From Candidatus Moraniibacteriota bacterium (GTDB lineage: Bacteria > Patescibacteriota > Minisyncoccia > Moranbacterales > UBA2206), in the NCBI GenBank assembly GCA_049304095.1, contig JBAQNU010000010.1, positions 19,311 through 83,310 of the forward strand: a DNA stretch of 64,000 bases. The letters are read 5' to 3'. The notes under the pieces are model-generated. The model searched no databases. It was not told the DNA's origin and saw only the letters and a list, made by a program, of their open reading frames with translations. Position numbers and translations under genes: made by a program. Below are positions 1-8,989 of this stretch, piece after piece (position 1 is the first letter of the stretch; every line of letters starts with the position of its first letter).

Positions 1-2
1 AG

Positions 3-2216
3 CGAAGCATTAAGCCTGCTAACGTTTTGCCACTTTTGGTGCTAGTTCTTTTTGGATTAAGCTTCGGAAAGGCGGAGGCGTTGACGCTATCTAATACTTT
101 TTATAACAACTGGACTAATGTAGTCTTAAATATTAATTTAAATAAGAGTGTTTATGAGCCAGGAGAGCAAGTCACAACTACCACTACGGGTTATGCGCAA
201 ATAGTGGATTGTGCCAATCACGACAATAACGGAGTTTCTTTGAGCGGAGGAACCGGTTCGTGTTATAAGAATCCGATTTTTTCTTACGGACAGTCTGTTC
301 TTGGCGGTGGATACGTAGGTGTTAATGTTTCAGATAGCACTTGCAGTGCGTCAACTACGCCGGGAACTCAAAGATATAGTTTCAACTTCTCGTTAATAGG
401 GGAGGGTGCTAATCGAGATTCTGGTTCAGGAGATATTTATTACACAGTTGCTGACAATACGCCTGAGCCGACTTGCAATATTTCTTTTGGTAGTGGCACA
501 TATAATGTCGGAGATTGGGGTCCGTTAACTTGGTCAAACACTAACGCGACAGGAGCAAGTCTGTATTGTGCGAATGGAAACAACGTTATTATGAATAGTC
601 CAGTGTACCCAGCTACTGCAGGTAGCTATTCTAATAATGTTTTTGGTGTTCAGCTCACTTCAGCAGGATCGGCTTATTGTGTTTTGACGGTGACTAATGG
701 AGCAAAGTCAAATACTTGCCACACCCCTTCAATAGCAGTAGTCGTTCCAGCTCCTACTCCTACTCCTACTCCCACTCCAACTCCAGAGCCTGAGCTTAAG
801 GGAAAAATTTGGTTTGTGGGCAATAAATTAGTCTATAAGGTTGGCCAATCAGGAATCGTGCAGTGGGAAACGGAAAATGCCACAACGGCTAATTTGCATT
901 GCTGGGGTACTCCAAATGATTCCCCACCAATAGATACGATTGGTCCTGTGGATGTGCCAGTTAAAGGTACGCATAGGATGCAATTTAATCGGGCAGGCTT
1001 TGTCCTTTGCGAACTTGTAATAAGCAACGGTGTCGAGGAGTCTAATTTGGAAATTTCTTCTAATGCGATATCCGATTCTTTGGCCTACTTTGGACGAGGA
1101 AAAACTGCCTTTGCTGCGAGTGGTACAGTTAGGGCAATTGCTCTTAGCGTAACAGTCCAAGTCGCTGAGTGTGTAAACACTTGTTCGGGTAGTTGCGTGA
1201 TAACTAATCCCAACAATGGCATGATACCTACTGCGGGTGAATGTTGTAATGCGGCAACGGCTTGCTATGCTTGTCCACCCAATACTACATGGGATGGAAA
1301 TACTTGCGCTTCTCCAGCTCCAATTCCAATTGCTTCTGGCAATGCTTCTTTCAATCCAAGCTCGCTAACTGCTCCTGGAACAAGCAAGCTTTCTTGGAAC
1401 TCAACTAATGCTGATGAAGTTTGGACATCTTGCACTGGACCATTGCCAATTCCTTATGGCAATTATGGTTTGAGTTATAATACTGCTGGTGGCTTCGACT
1501 TTCCCTTTGCCGCTAACCAAACTGGTGTAGAAACCTGTACTTTTAAGCCATATAAAAATGGAGTTCTCGGCACAATTTTTTCAGCCAGTGTTGTTGTTGG
1601 CGGGCCAACTTGTTCTGGCTGGACACTTTCTTTGCTAGCTAATCCTGCTTCTGGCTCAGTGCCACTAACCTCAATTTTGACTGCGCAAACCAATCAATCT
1701 TTTGGTGGCGAAACATATCTATATTCCAATCAAAGTTGCGGATCCGGGGGGTGGCCGGTGATAAACGGGGAAAAGTTTACTTGCGTATATCCCACGGCAG
1801 GTACATATCAACCATCGGTTCGAGTGACAGCTCAAAGCACTGGTTGCATAAATGATGCCAGTACTATGGTAACAGTTAATAGCGGCAGTTGCTCTCCTGA
1901 TTGCTCTTGTGCTAGTAGCACCTGCGTGAATGAAACTTGCTCTAATGGGTGCCTGGGAACTTGCGCTGGCACAAAAACTGATGGAGCTTGTTGTGTGCCT
2001 GATAACGCTAGCTGTGTGGTGAATATTTGCGAAGATCAAACTTGTTATGATGGATGCAGGAATGTTACCGGAACAAAGTCGAAAATATGCACGACAACAT
2101 GTAACGCCGGAGATTGCGGCACAAAAGCAGGAGAGGGCACCTGTGGAGCAGCTTGTCCAAATCTATATTGCGGCCCATGCAACTCGGGCAACTGGCAGGA
2201 AGTGGCACCAGAATAG
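3..2216 (+). CDS. secreted cysteine-rich surface protein with Pro-Thr linker; 5' end probably upstream of window
   Basis: Frame is open to the window edge and the track start at 27 is TTG. Hydrophobic signal-like segment LLVLVLFGLSFGKAEA. PTPTPTPTPTPEPE linker encoded by the (CCTACT)n repeat at about 752-786. The last ~150 aa contain >30 Cys in CxxC-like spacing. No enzymatic motif recognised. Confidence 0.5.
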   Translation, partial: RSIKPANVLPLLVLVLFGLSFGKAEALTLSNTFYNNWTNVVLNINLNKSVYEPGEQVTTTTTGYAQIVDCANHDNNGVSLSGGTGSCYKNPIFSYGQSVLGGGYVGVNVSDSTCSASTTPGTQRYSFNFSLIGEGANRDSGSGDIYYTVADNTPEPTCNISFGSGTYNVGDWGPLTWSNTNATGASLYCANGNNVIMNSPVYPATAGSYSNNVFGVQLTSAGSAYCVLTVTNGAKSNTCHTPSIAVVVPAPTPTPTPTPTPEPELKGKIWFVGNKLVYKVGQSGIVQWETENATTANLHCWGTPNDSPPIDTIGPVDVPVKGTHRMQFNRAGFVLCELVISNGVEESNLEISSNAISDSLAYFGRGKTAFAASGTVRAIALSVTVQVAECVNTCSGSCVITNPNNGMIPTAGECCNAATACYACPPNTTWDGNTCASPAPIPIASGNASFNPSSLTAPGTSKLSWNSTNADEVWTSCTGPLPIPYGNYGLSYNTAGGFDFPFAANQTGVETCTFKPYKNGVLGTIFSASVVVGGPTCSGWTLSLLANPASGSVPLTSILTAQTNQSFGGETYLYSNQSCGSGGWPVINGEKFTCVYPTAGTYQPSVRVTAQSTGCINDASTMVTVNSGSCSPDCSCASSTCVNETCSNGCLGTCAGTKTDGACCVPDNASCVVNICEDQTCYDGCRNVTGTKSKICTTTCNAGDCGTKAGEGTCGAACPNLYCGPCNSGNWQEVAPE

Positions 2217-2241
2217 AATTTTAATTTTTTATCTAATAAAT

Positions 2242-2685
2242 ATGAACACAAAAAAAGTTGCTATTATTGCGCTTGCGCTAGTCGCGCTAATCGGTGGAGT
2301 TTTTATCATTACCAGAAACATTATTAGCAGAGAATCGATTTCTGAATCTACTCAAAATCCAGCGATAGCAAAGAAAGAACCAGTAAATTTGTTTGGACAA
2401 GGAGCGAATAGCGACGACAAAACTAAGGAAACGACCGAAGTAATTGGAGTGCTAAATATAATTGGTGATAAAACAATTACAGTCAAAAGTTCAGGCGCAG
2501 ACTCGGCTGTAGTTAATATTAATGGTGCCACTCCAGTGATGCTTTTAGGCAATGACAATAAGGCGACTTCTGGTCAGATGGCTGATTTACGAATTGGCAA
2601 TACTGTTCGAGTAGTCTATGAAAAAATAACGAAAAATGCTAGGATGATTTTTGTGACCAAGCCTCAAGAAGCAACAACAAAATAG
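2242..2685 (+). CDS. small membrane-anchored protein (hypothetical)
   Basis: Track ORF 2047-2685 overlaps the upstream gene. The internal ATG at 2242 gives MNTKKVAIIALALVALIGGVFII, an N-terminal TM helix, followed by a soluble domain. Confidence 0.45.
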   Translation: MNTKKVAIIALALVALIGGVFIITRNIISRESISESTQNPAIAKKEPVNLFGQGANSDDKTKETTEVIGVLNIIGDKTITVKSSGADSAVVNINGATPVMLLGNDNKATSGQMADLRIGNTVRVVYEKITKNARMIFVTKPQEATTK

Positions 2686-2799
2686 TAGCTATGGCGGTGA
2701 GTTAGCACAAATAAGCAGAAGCTTGCATCAAAATAACAGATTAGCTATAATGTTGGAAGTGCTGGTTTAATAAATAAATCTAATAAATTATAAACAACT

Positions 2800-3870
2800 A
2801 TGGAAGAAGAAAAAAAAGAGCCGAAGGAGGCTGATTGCTGTGAAAAAGACGCTTGTGGTTGCGAGAAGTATAAAAAACATCTACCCAAAATCATTGCCGT
2901 AGCACTTTTGGTTGTTGCTTTGGGAGCCTTTGGCTACTATAAGCTAATTTGGAGCAAGCATAATCTGACTCAGAAGCAGGCCAAAACGAAAGTAGAAGAT
3001 TTCATTAATAAAAATTTGATGCAAGGTGGAGCGAAAGCTAACATTACTTCTGTAACCAAAGAAAACGGAATGTATAAGGTGATGGTGGAAATCGGCGAAG
3101 GAGCGCAAAAACAAACAATCACTTCCTATCTTTCAGTTGATGGATCAAAGTTCTTTCCCAGCGTGATGGATATTGCTGAAACAGAAAAACAAATGTCTGA
3201 TCAAAAATCAGCAGAAGCTAAGCCAGCAGCAGAAATTCCGAAGACTGACAAGCCAACGGTGGAACTCTTTGTGATGAGTTATTGTCCCTATGGAACTCAG
3301 ATTGAAAAAGGAATCTTGCCGGTAGTTAGTGCACTGGGAGCAAAGATTGATTACAAATTAAAATTTGTTAGTTATGCAATGCATGATAAAAAAGAGCTTG
3401 ATGAGAATTTGAGACAATATTGTATTCAGAAAAACCAACCAGCTAAGCTGAGTGCTTATCTGACTTGTTTTTTGAAAAAAGGCGAAGGAACGGAAGCTGG
3501 TTGCATGACATCGTCTGGTGTGACAGCTACAACAGTCGCAACTTGCATGAAGCAAGCCGATACGCAGTTTAATGTAACGAAAAACTTTGAAGACAAGAGC
3601 ACCTATCAAGGAACCTTTCCACCGTTTGAGGTGGATAAGGCTGATAATGAAAAATATGGTGTAAAGGGTTCCCCAACACTGATTATTAACGGCGTGGAAG
3701 CTTCTTCTGCTGGAAGAGATTCAGCTAGTCTTTTGAAAACCATTTGCTCAGGATTCAAGACTGCACCGAAAGAATGTTCTACTGCACTTTCTTCGACTGC
3801 TCCTGCAGCAGGTTTTGGCGAAGGAACTGCAGCTGCTGGAAGTGCAAGCGATGCAGCTTGCGGGAGCTAA
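2800..3870 (+). CDS. membrane-anchored thioredoxin-fold (DsbA-like) thiol-disulfide oxidoreductase
   Basis: Cys-rich cytoplasmic N-tail, one TM helix (IIAVALLVVALGAFGYY), then FVMSYCPYGTQ (CPYG active-site-like motif) in a thioredoxin-like context. Ala/Gly/Ser-rich C-terminal tail. Confidence 0.5.
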   Translation: MEEEKKEPKEADCCEKDACGCEKYKKHLPKIIAVALLVVALGAFGYYKLIWSKHNLTQKQAKTKVEDFINKNLMQGGAKANITSVTKENGMYKVMVEIGEGAQKQTITSYLSVDGSKFFPSVMDIAETEKQMSDQKSAEAKPAAEIPKTDKPTVELFVMSYCPYGTQIEKGILPVVSALGAKIDYKLKFVSYAMHDKKELDENLRQYCIQKNQPAKLSAYLTCFLKKGEGTEAGCMTSSGVTATTVATCMKQADTQFNVTKNFEDKSTYQGTFPPFEVDKADNEKYGVKGSPTLIINGVEASSAGRDSASLLKTICSGFKTAPKECSTALSSTAPAAGFGEGTAAAGSASDAACGS

Positions 3871-3941
3871 TCTCGAAAATTTAGATATTGCATAGAGTCG
3901 AGTTCGTCAGTTGGCGGACTCGGCTCTCTTTTTTTCAAAAC

Positions 3942-3971
3942 TTGACACGAAAGCCATTTTGTCGCTATTAT
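3942..3971 (+). promoter_or_regulatory. sigma70-like promoter (TTGACA-18-TATTAT) for the 4029 gene
   Basis: TTGACA at 3942-3947 and TATTAT at 3966-3971. The SD-like GGAAAAGGAG lies before ATG 4029. Confidence 0.4.
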
Positions 3972-4028
3972 TTGGCTAGGCAGGGTGGTTTTTAGTATTT
4001 TTCATTTTCTAGGAAAAGGAGAATCAAA

Positions 4029-4310
4029 ATGACGGAAAAAATGCTATTTGAAGAAGAGGATTTTATTGATCATATTACGGTCATAGGATCCAGGCGACTG
4101 GCGGAATTGTTGAAAAAATACGAAAATGCTTGTCCGGAGAAATTCGCCAAGGCCAATGTTGTCGTGGTTGGCAACAGGGTCTATTCTGCCAGGGACGATT
4201 CAAATTGGGGAGTCCCTGTCAAAGAAAGGGATGGCGTGAAACTGTATGCAACTGACATGGAGAGATTGGCAAAATCTTTCTTTGCGAGCACAGAGTACAT
4301 ATTCACTTAA
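4029..4310 (+). CDS. hypothetical protein (93 aa)
   Basis: ATG start with upstream AGGAG. No motif recognised. Confidence 0.35.
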   Translation: MTEKMLFEEEDFIDHITVIGSRRLAELLKKYENACPEKFAKANVVVVGNRVYSARDDSNWGVPVKERDGVKLYATDMERLAKSFFASTEYIFT

Positions 4311-4338
4311 AACGTATATGGTCACCCTACCCCGTAGA

Positions 4339-4370
4339 CAAGCCAATCTTGAGAACTCAAGGTTGGCTTG
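4339..4370. other. near-perfect 15-bp-arm palindrome (CAAGCCAATCTTGAG-AA-CTCAAGGTTGGCTTG)
   Basis: Read directly from sequence: 14 Watson-Crick pairs plus 1 G-U. It lies between the 4029 gene and the lexA promoter with no clean T-run after it. Candidate terminator or operator. Confidence 0.35.
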
Positions 4371-4388
4371 AATCATTTCTGGGGGGGC

Positions 4389-4423
4389 TTGACAGTGTTA
4401 GGGCATCAATGATAAAATAACAC
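4389..4423 (+). promoter_or_regulatory. lexA promoter (TTGACA-18-TAAAAT) overlapped by inverted repeat GTGTTA-N17-TAACAC
   Basis: TTGACA at 4389-4394 and TAAAAT at 4413-4418. GTGTTA at 4395-4400 and TAACAC at 4418-4423 form an inverted repeat across the spacer and -10, a candidate autoregulatory operator. Confidence 0.4.
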
Positions 4424-4446
4424 CATAATCATTAAAAATAAAAAAT

Positions 4447-5106
4447 ATGGTGCTAACAGCCAAACAACAAAACATTCTCGAATCGATTCGAGAGTTGATC
4501 GAGCAAGGGAAACAAAATCCCACCAGCTATCGTTTGCAAAAATTTCTGGAATCGCAGGGCGTGAAAGACAGCTTGAAATCAGTGATGCAGGTGATTGAGT
4601 CGTTGGAGAAAAAAGAGCTTATCAAGAGAGACAAGAATAAAAAGATTTATTTGGTGGAAAATAAAAATTATACTAACTTTAAAAATATTTTTTCCGTTCC
4701 CGTCTATGGATTGGCTTCTTGTGGAGAAGCTTTAGCCTATGCGCAAGATAATGTTGATGGTTTTTTGCAAATTTCCAAAGCCCTTTTTCGTGATAAAGAC
4801 GAATCGCTTCTATTCGCTGTGAAAGCCTTGGGCGATTCAATGGACAAAGAAAAAATTAATGACGGTGATTATGTTATTTTTGAAAAATATGAACAGCAAG
4901 AAGAGTTGGAAGGCAAAATTGTAGTGGCGGTGGTGAATGGTATGGCGACTATTAAGCGTTATAAAAAAGTCAGCGAAGACGTGATTGGACTTTTTCCGAA
5001 ATCGACCAATTCAATTCATCAACCAATTTTCATCCACAAATCCGATTCGTTTATTTTTGCCGGAATTTTTAGAAAAGTTTTGCCAGTGAAGTATGTGAGT
5101 TTGTAG
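4447..5106 (+). CDS. lexA: LexA-family SOS repressor (wHTH + S24 peptidase)
   Basis: Follows the E. coli LexA layout. N-terminal wHTH, a cleavage-site region LASCGEALAY (compare VAAGEPLLA), catalytic Ser in GDSMDKE (compare GMSM) and Lys in IKRYKK (compare KRLKK). Lies 9 nt upstream of uvrA. Confidence 0.8.
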   Translation: MVLTAKQQNILESIRELIEQGKQNPTSYRLQKFLESQGVKDSLKSVMQVIESLEKKELIKRDKNKKIYLVENKNYTNFKNIFSVPVYGLASCGEALAYAQDNVDGFLQISKALFRDKDESLLFAVKALGDSMDKEKINDGDYVIFEKYEQQEELEGKIVVAVVNGMATIKRYKKVSEDVIGLFPKSTNSIHQPIFIHKSDSFIFAGIFRKVLPVKYVSL

Positions 5107-5115
5107 GGTATATTT

Positions 5116-8088
5116 ATGCAAGATGAACTGATCATTCGTGGCGCGAGGGAGCACAATCTAAAAAATGTGAACCTTGATCTACCACGGAATAAATTTATTG
5201 TTTTCACGGGGATTTCCGGCTCTGGCAAGAGTACGTTGGCTTTTGATACCATTTTTGCCGAAGGACAACGGCGCTATTTGGAAAGTTTGTCTAGTTATGC
5301 CCGACAATTTTTGGGTCAGATGGGAAAGCCGGAAGTCGATTCGATTGAGGGGCTCAGTCCCGCGATTTCGATTGATCAAAAAGCCGCTTCGCATAATCCG
5401 CGCTCAACCGTGGGAACGGTGACGGAAATTCATGACTATCTGCGCTTGCTCTATGCCAAAATTGGTATCGCACATTGCCCGATCTGCAACCGAGAAATCG
5501 TAAGGCTTTCCACGGATGAGATTGTGGACAGAATTTTGAATATTTGTGATGCAAAAAATAATTGTGCGATTGAAATTTTTTCTCCGATCGTGCGAGAACG
5601 AAAAGGGGAATACTCGACACTTTTGGAAGAAATGTTTCGACGCGGTTTTTCCACCGCAGTGGTCAATGAAAAAAAATATACGTTGGATGAAAAGATCGGG
5701 ACGCGAGTGAAGTTGGAGCGCTATAAAAAACATAATATTGATATTTTAGTTGATAAGGTGGAAATAAATTCTGAGAATATTTCGCGGATTTTTGAAGGTG
5801 TGGAACAGGCGTTGAAATTGTCGAAAGGAATAGTTCGGGTTAAATTTCAAAATCCAAATTTCCAATTTCAAACAAAATCCAAATTTCAAAATTCTAATGA
5901 CAAAAAGGATAAAAAAACAAACGGCAATAAGGCTGAAGAAAAAAAAGAAACTAGTGAGATGATTTTCAATCAGAATTTTTCTTGTCCGATTCACGAAGTC
6001 GATTTTCCTGAGCTCGAGCCACGATTGTTTTCTTTCAATAGTCCCTTTGGCGCTTGTCCGTCTTGTGAAGGTTTGGGCGTGAAAAAGGAAATTGATCCAG
6101 AACTTGTCGTGCCAGATATGAACAAGACCATCGCCGAAGGTGGAATTATGCCTTGGAGTTACAAAAAAAACAACTGGCAGGGGACGATTTTGCGGGCTGT
6201 CACGAATTTCTATCACATTCGTGATAATGTGCGGTTGCGTGATTTGTCGGATGATGATTTTAATACTTTGCTTTATGGCGGACCCGAAGCGGCTGATATG
6301 ATTGCGGAAGAAGATGCCGATGAAATTCCCGTGACTCTGCGCAGCAAAACTGGGTCAAGTTGGAAATACAATATGCGCTGGCGCGGTGTGGTTGGCTATT
6401 TGCAAGATCGTTATCTTAAAACTGATTCCGAAGGTGTGCGCACAGATATTGAAAAATATATGTCGCAAAATCCTTGTTCGACTTGCCTTGGATCACGCTA
6501 TAAAAAGGAAGTTTTGCTTGTGACTGTGGGAAATAAAAATATTCAAGAAGTTTCTATGATCAGCGTGCGAGAGGCTTTGGATTTTTTTCAAAAAATTAAA
6601 TTTAGCAAACGAGAAGAATTGATTGCGAGCAGAATTCTCAAGGAAATTCAAAACCGTCTGGGATTTTTGCAAGACGTAGGACTTGGCTATCTTTCTCTTG
6701 GTCGGGCCGCCAATACTTTGGCAGGTGGCGAATCTCAACGCATTCGTCTGGCTTCTCAGATTGGCTCACAGCTCGTTGGGGTGCTCTATATTCTCGATGA
6801 ACCATCAATCGGTCTTCATGCGCGCGATAACGCCAAATTGCTTTCTACACTTTTACAACTCAGAGATGTGGGAAATACTTTAATTGTGGTGGAACACGAC
6901 GAAGAAACAATGCGCGCGGCAGACTATTTGGTGGACATTGGACCGGGCGCAGGAAAGCATGGCGGCGAAATTGTGGCGCAAGGTTCGCCCCTGGAAGTGT
7001 TGAAAAGTAAGAAATCTTTGACGGCCAAATATTTGCGAGGGGAAATGCAGATTGAAATCCCGGCATATCGCCGACCACTCAAAAACAAAAAAACGCTCGT
7101 GGTGCGGGGAGCGCGCGAGCATAATTTGCAAAATATTACCGTTTCGTTTCCTTTGAAAGTTTTGACCTGCGTGACGGGCGTGTCTGGTTCAGGGAAATCC
7201 ACCCTAGTAGAAGATATTCTCTATAAATCTCTTTCTGCGAAAATCATGCGTTCACTGGAACGGCCCGGGAAACATAGTGAAATTGTTGGCGATCATTATC
7301 TTAACAAAGTGATCATGATTGATCAATCACCGATCGGACGCACACCCAGATCGAATCCAGCGACCTATACCGGACTGTTCACGGCTATTCGCGAACTGTT
7401 TGCTGAAACGCGCGACGCTAAAGCGAAAGGTTATTCTCCGGGAAGATTTTCCTTCAATGTGAAAGGTGGGAGATGCGATAATTGTCAGGGTGATGGATAT
7501 AACAAAATCGAGATGCAGTTTATGCCGGATGTCTATTTGCCCTGCGATGTTTGTTCCGGAAAGCGCTACAATAGTGAAACGCTCAAAGTGAAATATCGTG
7601 ATAAAAATATTGCCGATGTGCTTTCAATGACCATTTCCGAAGCACGCGAATTTTTTGCCAATTTTCACGACATTGCCGACAAGCTAAAAGTCTTGGAAGA
7701 TGTCGGCTTGGGCTACATTCAACTCGGACAATCCGCGACGACGCTCTCTGGTGGAGAAGCGCAACGCATCAAACTTTCCACTGAACTTTCTCGCCGCGCA
7801 ACGGGGGACACGCTCTATATTCTCGACGAACCAACTACAGGCTTGCATTTCGATGACATCAAAAAACTGTTGGGCATTCTTAATCGTTTGGTTGATGCAG
7901 GCAACACTGTCATTGTCATCGAACATAATTTAGACGTAATCAAAACCGCCGATTGGATTATTGATCTCGGACCGGAAGGAGGCAAAGAAGGTGGAAAAGT
8001 GATTGTTTCTGGTACACCAGAAGAAGTGGCCAAGTGGCATAAGGAGAGTTGGACGGGGAGGTATTTAAAAGAATGTCTGAACCACTGA
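5116..8088 (+). CDS. uvrA: excinuclease ABC subunit A
   Basis: Two ABC ATPase modules (GISGSGKST and GVSGSGKST Walker A; LSGGESQR and LSGGEAQR signatures). Zinc-finger cysteines. Conserved N-terminus IRGAREHNLKN. Carries a low-complexity insert KFQNPNFQFQTKSKFQNSNDKKDKK at about 5850-5950. Confidence 0.95.
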   Translation: MQDELIIRGAREHNLKNVNLDLPRNKFIVFTGISGSGKSTLAFDTIFAEGQRRYLESLSSYARQFLGQMGKPEVDSIEGLSPAISIDQKAASHNPRSTVGTVTEIHDYLRLLYAKIGIAHCPICNREIVRLSTDEIVDRILNICDAKNNCAIEIFSPIVRERKGEYSTLLEEMFRRGFSTAVVNEKKYTLDEKIGTRVKLERYKKHNIDILVDKVEINSENISRIFEGVEQALKLSKGIVRVKFQNPNFQFQTKSKFQNSNDKKDKKTNGNKAEEKKETSEMIFNQNFSCPIHEVDFPELEPRLFSFNSPFGACPSCEGLGVKKEIDPELVVPDMNKTIAEGGIMPWSYKKNNWQGTILRAVTNFYHIRDNVRLRDLSDDDFNTLLYGGPEAADMIAEEDADEIPVTLRSKTGSSWKYNMRWRGVVGYLQDRYLKTDSEGVRTDIEKYMSQNPCSTCLGSRYKKEVLLVTVGNKNIQEVSMISVREALDFFQKIKFSKREELIASRILKEIQNRLGFLQDVGLGYLSLGRAANTLAGGESQRIRLASQIGSQLVGVLYILDEPSIGLHARDNAKLLSTLLQLRDVGNTLIVVEHDEETMRAADYLVDIGPGAGKHGGEIVAQGSPLEVLKSKKSLTAKYLRGEMQIEIPAYRRPLKNKKTLVVRGAREHNLQNITVSFPLKVLTCVTGVSGSGKSTLVEDILYKSLSAKIMRSLERPGKHSEIVGDHYLNKVIMIDQSPIGRTPRSNPATYTGLFTAIRELFAETRDAKAKGYSPGRFSFNVKGGRCDNCQGDGYNKIEMQFMPDVYLPCDVCSGKRYNSETLKVKYRDKNIADVLSMTISEAREFFANFHDIADKLKVLEDVGLGYIQLGQSATTLSGGEAQRIKLSTELSRRATGDTLYILDEPTTGLHFDDIKKLLGILNRLVDAGNTVIVIEHNLDVIKTADWIIDLGPEGGKEGGKVIVSGTPEEVAKWHKESWTGRYLKECLNH

Positions 8089-8135
8089 TTAACACTGATT
8101 AAAATGATTTCACTGATTTTTGGAAATAAAAACAC

Positions 8136-8160
8136 GGTCATGCGAGGTTCTTGCATGACC
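8136..8160. terminator. hairpin GGTCATGC-N9-GCATGACC between convergent genes
   Basis: Perfect 8-bp stem read from sequence. Located between the uvrA stop (8088) and the stop of the minus-strand gene (8191). No strong T-run, so low confidence. Confidence 0.3.
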
Positions 8161-8190
8161 GGTGAGTGAAACTTTTGGCTTCTTGAAATG

Positions 8191-8736
8191 TTAGATTATT
8201 TTTGAAAATTCTTCCGCTACTACCTCATGCCATTTGAGCATGAAAACATCAAAAGGAGTCCCTGGTTTGTTATTAGTGTCTCCTCCATCAACTAACATTA
8301 AACCGTTTTTTGTCTTAATGATATTTTTTCGGTCAAAACAATGTGTCGAAACTTGCCTTCTTTCGTAATTAGTTCGCTTGTCGATTTTGGAAAAAATACT
8401 CCAAAGTTCTTCTTGAGTTGGATGTTCTCCTTCTATGAAGACTTGGATATTAACTATTCCAAGGCTGAAGTGAGTTTTTGGTAAAAATACTGCTTTTAAC
8501 TTTAGCCAAAGAAGGTATTCGTTTATGTTATCCTCGACAGAAGCAATGAATTTTTTCGTTGCATTTCTGAAGAGTTTAGACGTGTATTCATCCAGCTTTT
8601 TCATTCCACGTCCTTTTGCGACAGAAGATGTCATTTTAAAGGCAGTGATAAAAGGAAGTATTCTTGGAAATTTAAAAACTAAATCCCCCAAAATTATTAC
8701 CGTGCGACTTTGACCCTTTTCTATATTCATTGGCAA
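8191..8736 (-). CDS. small atypical protein kinase-like protein (Bud32/RIO/Kdo-kinase-like), hypothetical
   Basis: 181 aa. THCFDRKNIIKTKNGLMLVDGGD resembles the catalytic loop (HxDxxxxN-like) plus a DFG-like LVDGG segment of small RIO/Bud32-type kinases. The N-lobe-like segment ends in VFIEGEH. This is motif-level inference only. Confidence 0.35.
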   Translation of the reverse strand: MPMNIEKGQSRTVIILGDLVFKFPRILPFITAFKMTSSVAKGRGMKKLDEYTSKLFRNATKKFIASVEDNINEYLLWLKLKAVFLPKTHFSLGIVNIQVFIEGEHPTQEELWSIFSKIDKRTNYERRQVSTHCFDRKNIIKTKNGLMLVDGGDTNNKPGTPFDVFMLKWHEVVAEEFSKII

Positions 8737-8746
8737 CCCCTTTCAG

Positions 8747-8929
8747 CTATATTTTTATCGGCCCTCTGATAACTTTACATAAATACGCATCTGACCATTG
8801 TTCGGAAGCTCGGTCGAAATATCTTTCAATTTCTTCGAGAGTGCATTCACTCCCGAAAGGAACAACCTCTGTTATTCCTTCGCGACAAATAACTATAAGA
8901 TATGCATACAACAGTTCTTTTTCTGCCAT
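8747..8929 (-). CDS. small acidic hypothetical protein (about 60 aa), upstream partner of the kinase-like gene
   Basis: Internal start MAEKELLYAYL. Lies 10 nt upstream of the 8736 gene on the same strand. The track ORF extends to 8995, but that N-terminus overlaps the uvrC start region. Confidence 0.3.
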   Translation of the reverse strand: MAEKELLYAYLIVICREGITEVVPFGSECTLEEIERYFDRASEQWSDAYLCKVIRGPIKI

Positions 8930-8989
8930 ATAGCCCCCAATCTGGTTAATTGTATTGTCAAAGAAGATATTGTAATGTAGCTTATATCT

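Noticed and set aside
2047-2241. Long N-terminal extension of ORF 2047-2685
   Set aside because: It overlaps the cysteine-rich protein gene in another frame. The internal ATG at 2242 begins a clean TM helix.
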